A DNA stretch of 64,000 nucleotides, taken from positions 448,001 to 512,000 of the forward strand of contig OY969696.1 of assembly GCA_963702005.1 (NCBI GenBank), written 5' to 3'. Origin of the DNA: Candidatus Aminicenantes bacterium (lineage in GTDB: Bacteria > Acidobacteriota > Aminicenantia > Aminicenantales > JAFGBC01). Position 1 is the stretch's first letter; every line of letters starts with the position of its first letter. The position numbers and the translations under genes were made by a program. This document shows, in pieces, positions 10,925 through 20,081 of the stretch. The notes under the pieces are model-generated. The model did no database searches. It was not told the origin of the DNA and was given only the letters and a program-made list of their open reading frames with translations.

Positions 10925-11860
10925 ATGCGGAAAGACTTCATATCGATCCACGACCTGAGCCTCTACGAGTTCACCAAGCTTATGGACCTGGCCAAGGAAG
11001 TCAAAGCCAAGCCGGACCGTTTCCACAAGAAACTCAAAGGCAAGATCCTGGCCATGATTTTCCAGAAGCCCTCCCTGCGGACGCGGATGACCTTCGAGGT
11101 CGGCATGCTTCAGCTGGGCGGCGAAGCCATCTACCTGGCCCCCTCGGACATCCAGCTCGGGAGCCGGGAAAGCGTCTACGACGTCGGCAAGAACCTCGAA
11201 CGCTGGGTCGACGGAATCATGATTCGGGCCTTCGCCCACCAGAATGTCATCGACTTGGCCGCGAGCTGCCGGATTCCGGTCATCAACGGACTGACCGACC
11301 TTCTCCACCCCTGCCAGGCCTTGGCCGACTTCCAGACCCTCTATGAAAATAACCGGAACCTGAAGTCTTTCAAGCTGACATACGTCGGGGACGGGAACAA
11401 CGTCTGCCACAGCCTCATGTTCGCGGCGGCCAAAGCCGGGGCCACGATGGCGGTCGCCACCCCCCCCGGCTATGAGCCCAACCCGGAGATCGTCAAGCTG
11501 GCCGCCGAAGACGGCCGCGAGACGGGCTACGCCTTGACCTTGACCCACGATCCGGCCGAGGCCGTGTCCGGCGCCGACGCCGTCTACACGGACGTCTGGG
11601 CTTCGATGGGCCAGGAGGCCGAGAAGGAGAAACGGGCGAAGCTCTTCGCACCCTTGCAGGTCAACGCCCGCTTGATGGCCCGGGCCAAACCCGAGGCCTT
11701 CTTCATGCACTGCCTCCCCGCCCACCGGGAGGAGGAGGTCAGCGGCGAAGTCCTCGATTCGCCGCGTTCGATCGTCTATGACCAGGCCGAAAACCGCCTT
11801 CATGCCCAGAAGGCCATTATGTTAACATTGATGGGAGATAGCAAAGATCACGATGAGTAG
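10925..11860 (+). CDS. arcB: Ornithine carbamoyltransferase (likely catabolic, from context)
   Basis: PSLRT, HPCQ, DVWASMG, HCLP and QAENR motifs. Confidence 0.93.
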   Translation: MRKDFISIHDLSLYEFTKLMDLAKEVKAKPDRFHKKLKGKILAMIFQKPSLRTRMTFEVGMLQLGGEAIYLAPSDIQLGSRESVYDVGKNLERWVDGIMIRAFAHQNVIDLAASCRIPVINGLTDLLHPCQALADFQTLYENNRNLKSFKLTYVGDGNNVCHSLMFAAAKAGATMAVATPPGYEPNPEIVKLAAEDGRETGYALTLTHDPAEAVSGADAVYTDVWASMGQEAEKEKRAKLFAPLQVNARLMARAKPEAFFMHCLPAHREEEVSGEVLDSPRSIVYDQAENRLHAQKAIMLTLMGDSKDHDE

Positions 11861-13955
11861 CGAAGACAGGACGACGGCCGTCGACGAACAGGACCTCGCC
11901 TTCATCGAGGGCCTGTTCGCCCGGACCTCCCGCCCGCTTGCGGCCCGCGAGCTGGCTCAGAAGCTCGCCTTCGAAAAGACGGCCAGCCAACGGACCCAGG
12001 ATGTCAAGGTCTATGATTCGGCCTGCGTCTATGAGGTCGGCGACCAGGTCTACAAGGAATACGACGAAGCCCTGATGGTCTCGAGCAAGGTCGTCGAGCA
12101 CTTCAAGGGCGCCATCGTCCTTCGCGTCATCGCCAAGACTTTCTTCAAGGCCTACAGCTGCGAGATGATCGAAGTCGACTACGCCGGGGGCGGCCTCTTC
12201 CGGAAGTACATCGACTACATGAAGAAGACCAAGACCCAGGTTCTGCTCCCCGCCAACACGAGCGGCCAGGGCCAGTCCGCGCCGTTCATGGCCAAGGATA
12301 ACGACCCCCGGCTGACCGAACTCCCGATGACGGACCGGGATCTTAGAGCCTTGGAGAAAAACCTCCGGACAGCGTTGGCCAAATCCTCCAAGTTCTTCAG
12401 CTGGAACGACACCTGGCAGCTGGCTACGGCCAGGATCGAAATCCCCGAGGACAAGATCAAGGCCATGGAGAACGCCCTGCGCGAGAAACGGGCGTCGGCG
12501 GCAACCGAGGAGCTCGTCCGCGAGGTGTTCGGGATCGAAACATCGAATGACCAGTTCGACCTCTACTGCTTGAGCCTCAACCACGCCCTGGGCAAAAAGT
12601 ACAAGAAGGAATTTCTCTATGTCTCCCCGCTCGGCTGGGGCAAGTGGCTCATCAAGAGCGTCATCGCCTCCCTCCCCAAGGGCCTGTCCCTGGCGGCCCC
12701 CCTGGCGCCCCTCCCCGAGATCAACGAGACGGCCCTTCCCCCGGCGCCGCCGGCTTCTTTCCCGCTCAAGATCTACCTGGGCTGGCGCGAGATACTTTCG
12801 GGCGGCATCAAGATTCCCCGGAGCCTCAACAAGGAGTTGTCCCACGCCCAGGAATATCTCTTCACCGTCGCCGAGGAAAATAAAACCTACACCGTCTACT
12901 ATTACCCCGGGGAAGGATACTTCCTGGGGCTCAAGGATTACTTCCTCGAGAACAACGTCCCCCAGGGAACCTGCCTGACCCTCGAACGAAAAAGCCCGAT
13001 CCAATTCCACTTCTGGCTTAAGAAAGAGAAGAAGAAGCTCGAGGTCGTCCGGTTGAGCTACGACGCCGACCAGGACCGTTTCAAGGACGAAGGCGAGGTT
13101 GTCTTCACCTATTTTCTTCCCAACAAAAGCATCTACCTGGACAGGGAAAACCTGACCAAGCTTCTCGCTCTCTATCCCCAGCGAGAGGGCCTCGACCTCA
13201 AGGCCCTGCTCATTCTCGTTTTCAAAGCGCTCGGCCAGGAAGGCGGGACCTACTCTCTTCATTACCTGAGGGCTTACCATCTCAGCGATGTCCTCAAGCA
13301 CACGACCCAGGAGGACGTCGAACGGGTCCTGTCCGCTTCTCCGGAATTTACCATGTCGGACAAGAAGAAGGGGATCTTCTTCTACTACGAGGCCCGGCCC
13401 GCCCTCGAGGCGGCCGCCGTCGAGGCATCCCCGGCGCCGGCGTCCGAATATCCCTCCGAGGCCCTCGAGATCGGGCTCGGCCCCGAATCGTTCCCGGATG
13501 AAGAGGCCGCCGGACTCGAGATCGGCATCGCCGGCGAAGAAGAGGAGCTCATCCCCCTGGCGCCTCCTCCGGCTCCGGCTCCGGTCGCGGCCCCGCTCGA
13601 AAAGCCGAAGGCCGAACCTCGGCCCGAGTCCAAGAAAGAGAAGGCCGCCAAGAAAAAGAAGGTCAAGCCCGAGGGCGACAAGGCTCCGCGCCTTCGCAAG
13701 AGCGAGCGGAAGGTCATCGAGGAGCGGATCGAGATCGAGGAGTCCGCCCAGGAAGCCTTGACCGCCAGGAAAGCGGTCGAGGACGAGGAGGGCGCGGTTC
13801 CCGCGACCCTTGCCGCCAAGAAGGACAAAGAAGACCTCAAGATCGCCGAGACGCCCGCCGAAAAGCCCGCCTTCGGGTTCTTCGCCGAAAAACTCAAATC
13901 GGCCCTGTCCAAGAAAAAAGACGAGCCGAAGGAAGAGGACAAGAAAGGGACCTGA
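11853..13955 (+). CDS. Hypothetical 700-aa protein with predicted winged-helix repeats, a B3-like segment and an acidic/Lys-rich disordered tail
   Basis: Long ORF with genome-typical codon usage that overlaps the arcB stop. No family recognised with confidence. Confidence 0.8.
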   Translation: MSSEDRTTAVDEQDLAFIEGLFARTSRPLAARELAQKLAFEKTASQRTQDVKVYDSACVYEVGDQVYKEYDEALMVSSKVVEHFKGAIVLRVIAKTFFKAYSCEMIEVDYAGGGLFRKYIDYMKKTKTQVLLPANTSGQGQSAPFMAKDNDPRLTELPMTDRDLRALEKNLRTALAKSSKFFSWNDTWQLATARIEIPEDKIKAMENALREKRASAATEELVREVFGIETSNDQFDLYCLSLNHALGKKYKKEFLYVSPLGWGKWLIKSVIASLPKGLSLAAPLAPLPEINETALPPAPPASFPLKIYLGWREILSGGIKIPRSLNKELSHAQEYLFTVAEENKTYTVYYYPGEGYFLGLKDYFLENNVPQGTCLTLERKSPIQFHFWLKKEKKKLEVVRLSYDADQDRFKDEGEVVFTYFLPNKSIYLDRENLTKLLALYPQREGLDLKALLILVFKALGQEGGTYSLHYLRAYHLSDVLKHTTQEDVERVLSASPEFTMSDKKKGIFFYYEARPALEAAAVEASPAPASEYPSEALEIGLGPESFPDEEAAGLEIGIAGEEEELIPLAPPPAPAPVAAPLEKPKAEPRPESKKEKAAKKKKVKPEGDKAPRLRKSERKVIEERIEIEESAQEALTARKAVEDEEGAVPATLAAKKDKEDLKIAETPAEKPAFGFFAEKLKSALSKKKDEPKEEDKKGT

Positions 13956-13979
13956 TCCCTTCGATCCGGCCCGGAGATC

Positions 13980-15065
13980 TCAGAGGATTTCGCGGACGGG
14001 TCCCTTGCGCCTGGTGACGCCCATCCCGTCCAGAAGCTCGAGAAGGGGAATCGCGTACTTCCTGGTCAGCCCCGTCATCCGCTTGAAATCGCCCACGGAT
14101 AGCTCCCGCTTCTTGGATCGCTTGAGCTTGTCGACGATGTCCTCCAGCCAGCGCGAATGGAGGTAGAATCCATCCTGGCCTTGGACGATGCGCTTCCGTT
14201 CGACCAGGATGTCGAGGAGTTTCTGGAGCTTGGCCGGCGTCAGCCGGAAGCGGGCCCTGATTTCATCGAGAGAAACGGAATAGAACTCGCCCTTGAGGCA
14301 CATGGCCTCGAGCTCGGCCAGGATCGTTTCCTCTTGGGTCGATACGGGAGGACGGAACGCCGCGAGGCGGTACAAGCCCTGCTCCTCGACGACATCCCCC
14401 GATTTCTGCAGGGCCTTGAGCGTCAGGACAAGGACCTTGTCCGGGATCCGGAACCGTTTCCGCAAGGACGGAGTGCCGATCCCGCCCAGGTCGGGATGCT
14501 TCTCATGGTTCTTAGCCAGCACGCCCAGGATCTTTCGGCCGAGCAGGTCGAGGCTATCCCGCGCGACGAGGACCAGCGGAGAGAAGGACAGAATCTTGAC
14601 CTTGCCCTGGGCTTCGAGCTCGGGACTCAGCCGTTCGAGGCGCCCGGGCTTGAGGCCGGCCAACTCGCTGAGCTCGTCTTCCCGGATCCCCTGGACGCCC
14701 CTCTCCAAAGCGAACGCCTGGACCATGTCCCCCTCGCCGCCGAGGAGCTTTTCGAGGAGGCCGCTCCGGCGGGCCATCCGGACCTGACCCAGCTTCGGGG
14801 CCTGCGGATGGAGGATTCGGCCGCGGCCGATCGAGCCCCCGCCGCGCTGGGCGGCGAGTTCGAACCCGTCCTTCCAACGGACATCGGCCGGGACGGAGAG
14901 CTCGGCCCGGGCCAGGACGGGACCGCTCGGACTCCCCTTGCTCGGGGGATAATAGACGAGCCGGGCCTGGACCCTGGTCGCGCCGGCGGCGAGGATGACT
15001 TCTTGGGGAAGCGTTTTAAGTTCAGCGGCGAACTCGAGGGCGACATCCATGCGATTCGACATCAT
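13980..15065 (-). CDS. SelB C-terminal-like protein (domain III plus winged-helix domain IV), no GTPase domain
   Basis: C-terminal FKRMTGLTRKYAIPLLELLDGMGVTRR matches SelB WH4. The N-terminus resembles domain III (..IGRGRILHP). ATGA overlap with the rnr stop and AGGAGG upstream. No P-loop. Confidence 0.8.
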   Translation of the reverse strand: MMSNRMDVALEFAAELKTLPQEVILAAGATRVQARLVYYPPSKGSPSGPVLARAELSVPADVRWKDGFELAAQRGGGSIGRGRILHPQAPKLGQVRMARRSGLLEKLLGGEGDMVQAFALERGVQGIREDELSELAGLKPGRLERLSPELEAQGKVKILSFSPLVLVARDSLDLLGRKILGVLAKNHEKHPDLGGIGTPSLRKRFRIPDKVLVLTLKALQKSGDVVEEQGLYRLAAFRPPVSTQEETILAELEAMCLKGEFYSVSLDEIRARFRLTPAKLQKLLDILVERKRIVQGQDGFYLHSRWLEDIVDKLKRSKKRELSVGDFKRMTGLTRKYAIPLLELLDGMGVTRRKGPVREIL

Positions 15066-17158
15066 CGGGGGAGGCCCTCCTTGGCCTTCAGGACGAGCTG
15101 AATTCTCCTCAGGACGGAATCGACGGCGACGACGAGGACCCGGACTCTGTCGCCGAGCCGGAAGACGCGCCGGTTCCTCTTCCCCACCAGCCGTGTCTCG
15201 GACTGGCGGATATAATAATCCCCGTCCAGGTCGGGGTAGGCCACCAGACCTTCCACGAAATAATCGGTCAAGGCCACGACGAGCCCGGCCTTGTTCATGT
15301 CGACGATCAGCCCCTCCGTCTCCTCCCCGAGCTTGCCCTTGAGGAAGCGAAAGATGCGCCATTCGACGAGGTCCCGCTCGGCCTCGTCGGCCCGCCGCTC
15401 CCGGTCTGAGCAGTGGACGGCCAGACCGGCCAGGTCGGCCGCTTTTCGCTTCTCGCCGGCCAGGACCCGGCGCAGGACCCGGTGGACGACGAGGTCCGGA
15501 TAGCGCCGGATGGGCGATGTAAAATGCGCATAGTTCGTCTTGGCCAGGCCGAAGTGCCCGCTGTTGGCGGCGCTGTAAACGGCCAGCTTCAGGGCGCGCA
15601 GGACGAGAAAGTGAATGACCTTGGCTTCGGGCCGCCGTTCGGCCTCCCGCAGGACCTTCTGGATGTCCTTGACGACCACCTTGGCGGGCGGGGGAAGTTC
15701 CAGCCCGAACGACTGGAGGATCTCGCGGAGCTTCTCGAGGTCGGCCCGGGCCGGCGGCGGATGGACGCGGTAGAGCGATGGAGCGCCCTGGCCCGAAACG
15801 AAAGCGGCGACGGCTTCGTTGGCGGCGACCATAAGGTCTTCGATGAGCTCATGGGCCTCATTGCGCTCCGCGGAGGCGACGGCGGCGAGCTTTCCTTCGC
15901 TGTAGATGAGCTCGGGCTCGAGCAGGTCGAAGTCCAAACTCCCTTCGTCGAGGCGCCGCTTCCTGATCGCTTGAGCGGCCTCCCGGAGGCGGAAGAGATG
16001 GGGGACGAGAGGACTATAGCGGCGACGTTCGTCGCCGTCGCCCTCGAGAATCCGGAATACCGACGTGTAGGTCATCCGGGCCTCGGTCCGGATGAAGGAC
16101 GGCTTGAAGTCGGCGCGCCGGACCTCCCCCCGGCCGTCCAATTCGAGCAGAACCGAGAAGGCGAGCCGGGGACGATTCGGCCTCAGGCTGCAGATGTCGT
16201 TGGACAGCCTCTCGGGAAGCATGGGCAGGGTCCGTCCCGGAAGGTAGACGCTCGTCGCCCGCTCGCGCGCAACCCGGTCGAGCGCGGTCCCGGGCCGGAC
16301 GTAGTGGCCCACGTCGGCGATGTGGACCCCGACGAGAAGGCGGCCGTTCCCCAGCTCCTTGGCCGAAACGGCGTCGTCGAAATCCTGGGCGGTCTCTCCG
16401 TCGATGGTTACCGTCGGCCAGGTCGTGAAATCCTCCCGGCCCAGCGTGTCCTCGGGAACGCGGACGTCGGAAACGGCGGCGGCTTCCTCGACGGCGTCGC
16501 CGGGGAACTCGGACGGAAGGTCGTATTTACGGAGGACGGTTTCGATGTCCACCCCGGGAGCCTCGGGGTCGCCCAGAACTCGGGCAAGGCTCATCCGGTC
16601 CCGGTCGACTTCAACGATCATGCCCGGCGCCGGGGCCAGCCCTTCCCGGGAGGTGATGGGCAAGTCGTCCTGGGAGGGCTCGTCGAAGGGCTGGAAGAAG
16701 GGTTGTCCCAAGCGCTCTTTGTAAACGCCGATCCGGCGGCTCCCGGCCTTGCGCAGGATCCGGACGATCCGTCCCTTGGGTTTACCTTTCCTCCCCTTTT
16801 CGGTCGACAGCACCTCGACCGTATCCCCCCGCAGGGCCCCGGCCCGGAAACGGGCCGGGATGAAGACATCCTCGACGTTCGGGGCCGGGGTGACGTCTTC
16901 ATCCCGGCCCCGAACGTCGAGGACGACGAAGCCGTAGCCGCCGGCGGCCGGGACGAAAACTCCCGCTTCGACCTGAGAGCGGGGCGGCGTCGCGTAGCCG
17001 TCCTTAATACGTTGAACAAGGCCCTCGGCCTCGAGCTCCTTGAGGGCCTTGGCCAGCCGCGTCCTGTCCGCCGCCCGGAGGCCGAGCTCGCGGGCGAGCT
17101 TGGGCAGGCTCATCCGCTCTTTTTTATCGGCCAGGAGTTTCAGGATTCGGTCTTTCAT
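15062..17158 (-). CDS. rnr: Ribonuclease R
   Basis: N-terminal HTH/CSD, TIDGETAQDFDDA, LPMLPERLS, HFTSPIRRYPDL and C-terminal S1. Confidence 0.96.
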   Translation of the reverse strand: MKDRILKLLADKKERMSLPKLARELGLRAADRTRLAKALKELEAEGLVQRIKDGYATPPRSQVEAGVFVPAAGGYGFVVLDVRGRDEDVTPAPNVEDVFIPARFRAGALRGDTVEVLSTEKGRKGKPKGRIVRILRKAGSRRIGVYKERLGQPFFQPFDEPSQDDLPITSREGLAPAPGMIVEVDRDRMSLARVLGDPEAPGVDIETVLRKYDLPSEFPGDAVEEAAAVSDVRVPEDTLGREDFTTWPTVTIDGETAQDFDDAVSAKELGNGRLLVGVHIADVGHYVRPGTALDRVARERATSVYLPGRTLPMLPERLSNDICSLRPNRPRLAFSVLLELDGRGEVRRADFKPSFIRTEARMTYTSVFRILEGDGDERRRYSPLVPHLFRLREAAQAIRKRRLDEGSLDFDLLEPELIYSEGKLAAVASAERNEAHELIEDLMVAANEAVAAFVSGQGAPSLYRVHPPPARADLEKLREILQSFGLELPPPAKVVVKDIQKVLREAERRPEAKVIHFLVLRALKLAVYSAANSGHFGLAKTNYAHFTSPIRRYPDLVVHRVLRRVLAGEKRKAADLAGLAVHCSDRERRADEAERDLVEWRIFRFLKGKLGEETEGLIVDMNKAGLVVALTDYFVEGLVAYPDLDGDYYIRQSETRLVGKRNRRVFRLGDRVRVLVVAVDSVLRRIQLVLKAKEGLPR

Positions 17159-17173
17159 GGAGAAGGAGGGTCG

Positions 17174-17815
17174 TCAATAATAATAAAAGGAGAAATAGGG
17201 GATCTTGTACTTCTCCCGGAGATGCTTGATGAGTTTGATGTGAAAGATGCGGAGGATTTCCTCCGGACCTCGGCCCGGATAGTCCTTGGCGGCCGCCTCG
17301 CGCAGGGAGATCTTATCGTCCTGGCTGCAGTGGCGGAGAAGAAGCTCATCCACCCTCTCGTCGAGCTCTTCAAACAGGACATCCCCGGTCTCGCGGTTTG
17401 CGAGCAGCTCCTGAGCGCGGCGGTAAATCCCCTCCAGGTAGGGGACGGCGGGCGGAAGGGCGTCCAGGAAATGCGTGACCTCGGCGTAGACCCGATCCCT
17501 CGGGTCTTCGCGGAGCGCGGCTTTCCGGGTCCGGCTCTTGCCGACCCGGCGCTCCCGACAAAGCTCGAAGCTCTTTTTGACCGAGGAGTTGCAGGCGTTT
17601 AAGGTCTGGATCTTCTTGCGGACCTGGCCCCGACCCGGTTCGAAGGCCTTCTCGATGCCCTCCAAAACAACCGGAAGGGGAATCCGAAGCCGCTCCCAAT
17701 CGGCGATGAGGGCGAGATCCTGGGGCGATAGAAAGAAGGGGGCGCCCCGTCTGGCCAGGAATGCCCGCGCGATGCCCCTGTAGTATCCGCTCCGCCCGCT
17801 CTGTTCGCCGTCCAT
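17174..17815 (-). CDS. Hypothetical protein, N-terminus resembles a DnaD/DnaB_2-like helical domain
   Basis: ATG at 17815 after a G-rich SD. LSPQDLALIADW...IPLPVVLEGIEKAF pattern. Confidence 0.65.
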   Translation of the reverse strand: MDGEQSGRSGYYRGIARAFLARRGAPFFLSPQDLALIADWERLRIPLPVVLEGIEKAFEPGRGQVRKKIQTLNACNSSVKKSFELCRERRVGKSRTRKAALREDPRDRVYAEVTHFLDALPPAVPYLEGIYRRAQELLANRETGDVLFEELDERVDELLLRHCSQDDKISLREAAAKDYPGRGPEEILRIFHIKLIKHLREKYKIPYFSFYYY

Positions 17816-17825
17816 CTCTCCCCCC

Positions 17826-18599
17826 TCAGGACCGGTTCCTGTCATGGATGATCCGGAGCCCTTCCAGGACGAGGTCCGGCTCCAGGGCATCGATCGCCGG
17901 GAGCTCGGGCGCGATCTGGGCCGCGAATCCGCCCGTGGCGACGACCTTGACATTCGGCTCGTCGCCGAGCTCCCGCTTGATTTCCGAAATGATGTTGCCG
18001 ACAAGGCCGACATAGCCGAAATAGAGGCCGGATTGCATGCTGGCGACGGTCGTCTTTCCGATCGCGCGGGCCGGCTTGCGGATTTCGATCCGGGGGAGCC
18101 TGGCCGTTTTCAGATACAAAGCCTCGGCCGAGATCTGGATCCCGGGCGCGATCGCCCCGCCCAAATATTCTCCGCGGGCCGAAACGGCGTCGAATGTCGT
18201 GGCGGTACCGAAATCGACGACGATGCACGGCCCGCCGTATTTTTCAAAGGCCGCCACGGAAGCAACGACCCGGTCTGCTCCCACTTCGAGCGGATTCTCA
18301 TAGAGGATGGGCATGCTCGTCTTGAGCCCGGGCCCGACGACGAGGGCCCGGGTCTGGAACAGGTCTTGGCTCAAGGATTGGAAGACCGGCGTCAAGGGTG
18401 GAACGACCGAGGAGACGATGACGGCCGTCACGGCCGTGGACTCGAACTCGGCGAAGCGGAGGGCGTTCCGGATATCGAGGCTGTACTCATCGCAGGTCTT
18501 TTCCCGCTCGGTCCGAAACCGCCAAGTCCGGCGCAGGATTTTCCCCTCGAAGAGACCGACGGCTACGGTCGTGTTGCCGATATCAATGGCCAGCAGCAT
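17826..18599 (-). CDS. coaX: Type III pantothenate kinase
   Basis: LLAIDIGNT, SSVVP, VGADR, VDFGTATT and GGAIAPG motifs. Confidence 0.96.
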   Translation of the reverse strand: MLLAIDIGNTTVAVGLFEGKILRRTWRFRTEREKTCDEYSLDIRNALRFAEFESTAVTAVIVSSVVPPLTPVFQSLSQDLFQTRALVVGPGLKTSMPILYENPLEVGADRVVASVAAFEKYGGPCIVVDFGTATTFDAVSARGEYLGGAIAPGIQISAEALYLKTARLPRIEIRKPARAIGKTTVASMQSGLYFGYVGLVGNIISEIKRELGDEPNVKVVATGGFAAQIAPELPAIDALEPDLVLEGLRIIHDRNRS

Positions 18600-18618
18600 G
18601 GATTCCTCCGTTATAGCT

Positions 18619-19371
18619 TCAGCCGGCGTCCTCCAGGGAAACCGTATCCGCCGAGAAGAACACCGCCCGGCCCTCCGGGAGGTCGAGGACGAGACCGCCC
18701 CGATCGTCGAAACCGGCCCAGCGTCCCCGGACCACGCCGCCGTCATTGCGGCGCAGGGTCAAAACGGCCGCCGGAGCGAAGGATGCCGCGTCCCGGTAAG
18801 CGTCGAGGATGTCGCGGACCCGGCTCTCCCGAAAAGCGCCGTACCAGCGCTCGAGGCCGTCATACAGCCGGGAGAGAAGTCGTTGCTCATTCCCATCCCA
18901 ACCGCCCGCCATATGTAAGGATGCCGCTGTGGCGCGAAAGTCCTCGGGAAAATCCCGCTCTTCATGGGTCAGGTTGAGGCCGACTCCCAGGACGGCGAAC
19001 CGATTCGGGCCGTCTCCGCCGCGGGCTTCGCACAAAATCCCTCCGAGTTTTCGCTTGTTCCAGATGAGGTCGTTGGGCCACTTCAGGGCGACCGGCACGG
19101 CGGAGGCTTCGATGATCCCCTCCCGGACGCCGAGCCCGGCGGCCAACGGTAAAAGGGAAAGGTCCGCCGAGAGCGGCCTGAGGATGACGGATAAGTACAA
19201 ACCCATGTCCGCCGGCGAATGCCAGCTCCGGCCCTTGGTGCCGCGGCCCCGGGTCTGGGTCCGGGCGGTCACGACCGTCCCCTCCTCCACGCCGGACAAC
19301 GCCAAATCCTTGGCCAGATCGTTGGTGGACCCGCAGGATTGATGCGCGTGCACTTTGGCCCCGATCCTCAT
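18619..19371 (-). CDS. birA: Biotin--[acetyl-CoA-carboxylase] ligase (no HTH)
   Basis: STND, QTRGRG, KWPND and KLGGIL motifs. Confidence 0.94.
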   Translation of the reverse strand: MRIGAKVHAHQSCGSTNDLAKDLALSGVEEGTVVTARTQTRGRGTKGRSWHSPADMGLYLSVILRPLSADLSLLPLAAGLGVREGIIEASAVPVALKWPNDLIWNKRKLGGILCEARGGDGPNRFAVLGVGLNLTHEERDFPEDFRATAASLHMAGGWDGNEQRLLSRLYDGLERWYGAFRESRVRDILDAYRDAASFAPAAVLTLRRNDGGVVRGRWAGFDDRGGLVLDLPEGRAVFFSADTVSLEDAG

Positions 19372-19393
19372 TCTTACCCTCGGCGCCGGACGC

Positions 19394-19990
19394 TCAGGAC
19401 CGGCGCCCGTCCCCCTGCGGCTTCTCCATCCACTCTTTAACCACGGCCAGGATCCGGGTCCTGATCCGCTTTTCCAGCTCCCGTTCGACGGCCAGGATCT
19501 CCTCCCGAACGGCCGCCCTCATGACTTCGGGCAGGACCCGCCCGGTCCCGGAAGGGGGCTTGGGTTTCTCGACGACGATCTCCTCCAAGGTCGCCTCCTC
19601 GGGGAAGGACAAGGGGCCCTTTTTTCTGTCCACGGCGTCCTTGACCGCCCGGACTAGGCTCTCCGAATCGAAGGGTTTGACGACGAGCCCGTCGAAACGG
19701 ATGCCGCCAAGCCGATCCTCATTCAAGGGCTCGAAAACCCCCCTGATCAGGAACAAGGCCATCTGCCCGAACTCGTCCTGGCCCGACAAGGCCCGGCCAA
19801 TGTCGTAGCCGCAGCCCCCAGGCAGGGACAGGCTGAGCAGGAGAGCGTCCGGCCGCTCCCTGCCCAGAAGCTCTTGGAGGTCCCGCCCGTCCGACACGGA
19901 GCTGAGCTCGAACTCGGCGGGGGGAAAAGCCAGCTGGACGGCCTTCTGGATGGAAGGCGAGCCGTCGGCAAGAACCAGCTTGTAGGCCAT
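19394..19990 (-). CDS. RomR-like response regulator with degenerate receiver domain
   Basis: Receiver fold (LVLADGS, RPDALLLS..LPG, GVFEP, KPFDS) with Ser at the phospho-acceptor position, followed by a linker and a C-terminal amphipathic helix. Confidence 0.75.
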   Translation of the reverse strand: MAYKLVLADGSPSIQKAVQLAFPPAEFELSSVSDGRDLQELLGRERPDALLLSLSLPGGCGYDIGRALSGQDEFGQMALFLIRGVFEPLNEDRLGGIRFDGLVVKPFDSESLVRAVKDAVDRKKGPLSFPEEATLEEIVVEKPKPPSGTGRVLPEVMRAAVREEILAVERELEKRIRTRILAVVKEWMEKPQGDGRRS

Positions 19991-20081
19991 AGAAACGACC
20001 GGAACCTCCGGAATGTCAAATCTTCCTTAGCATTTTTGCGCGGCCGATGTCAAGGCGTGCGAGGGGTCCGAGGGGAGAGAA

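Noticed and set aside
15066-15362. Longer N-terminus for the SelB-like ORF
   Set aside because: It overlaps rnr out of frame, has no GTPase motifs, and a better SD/ATG exists at 15065.
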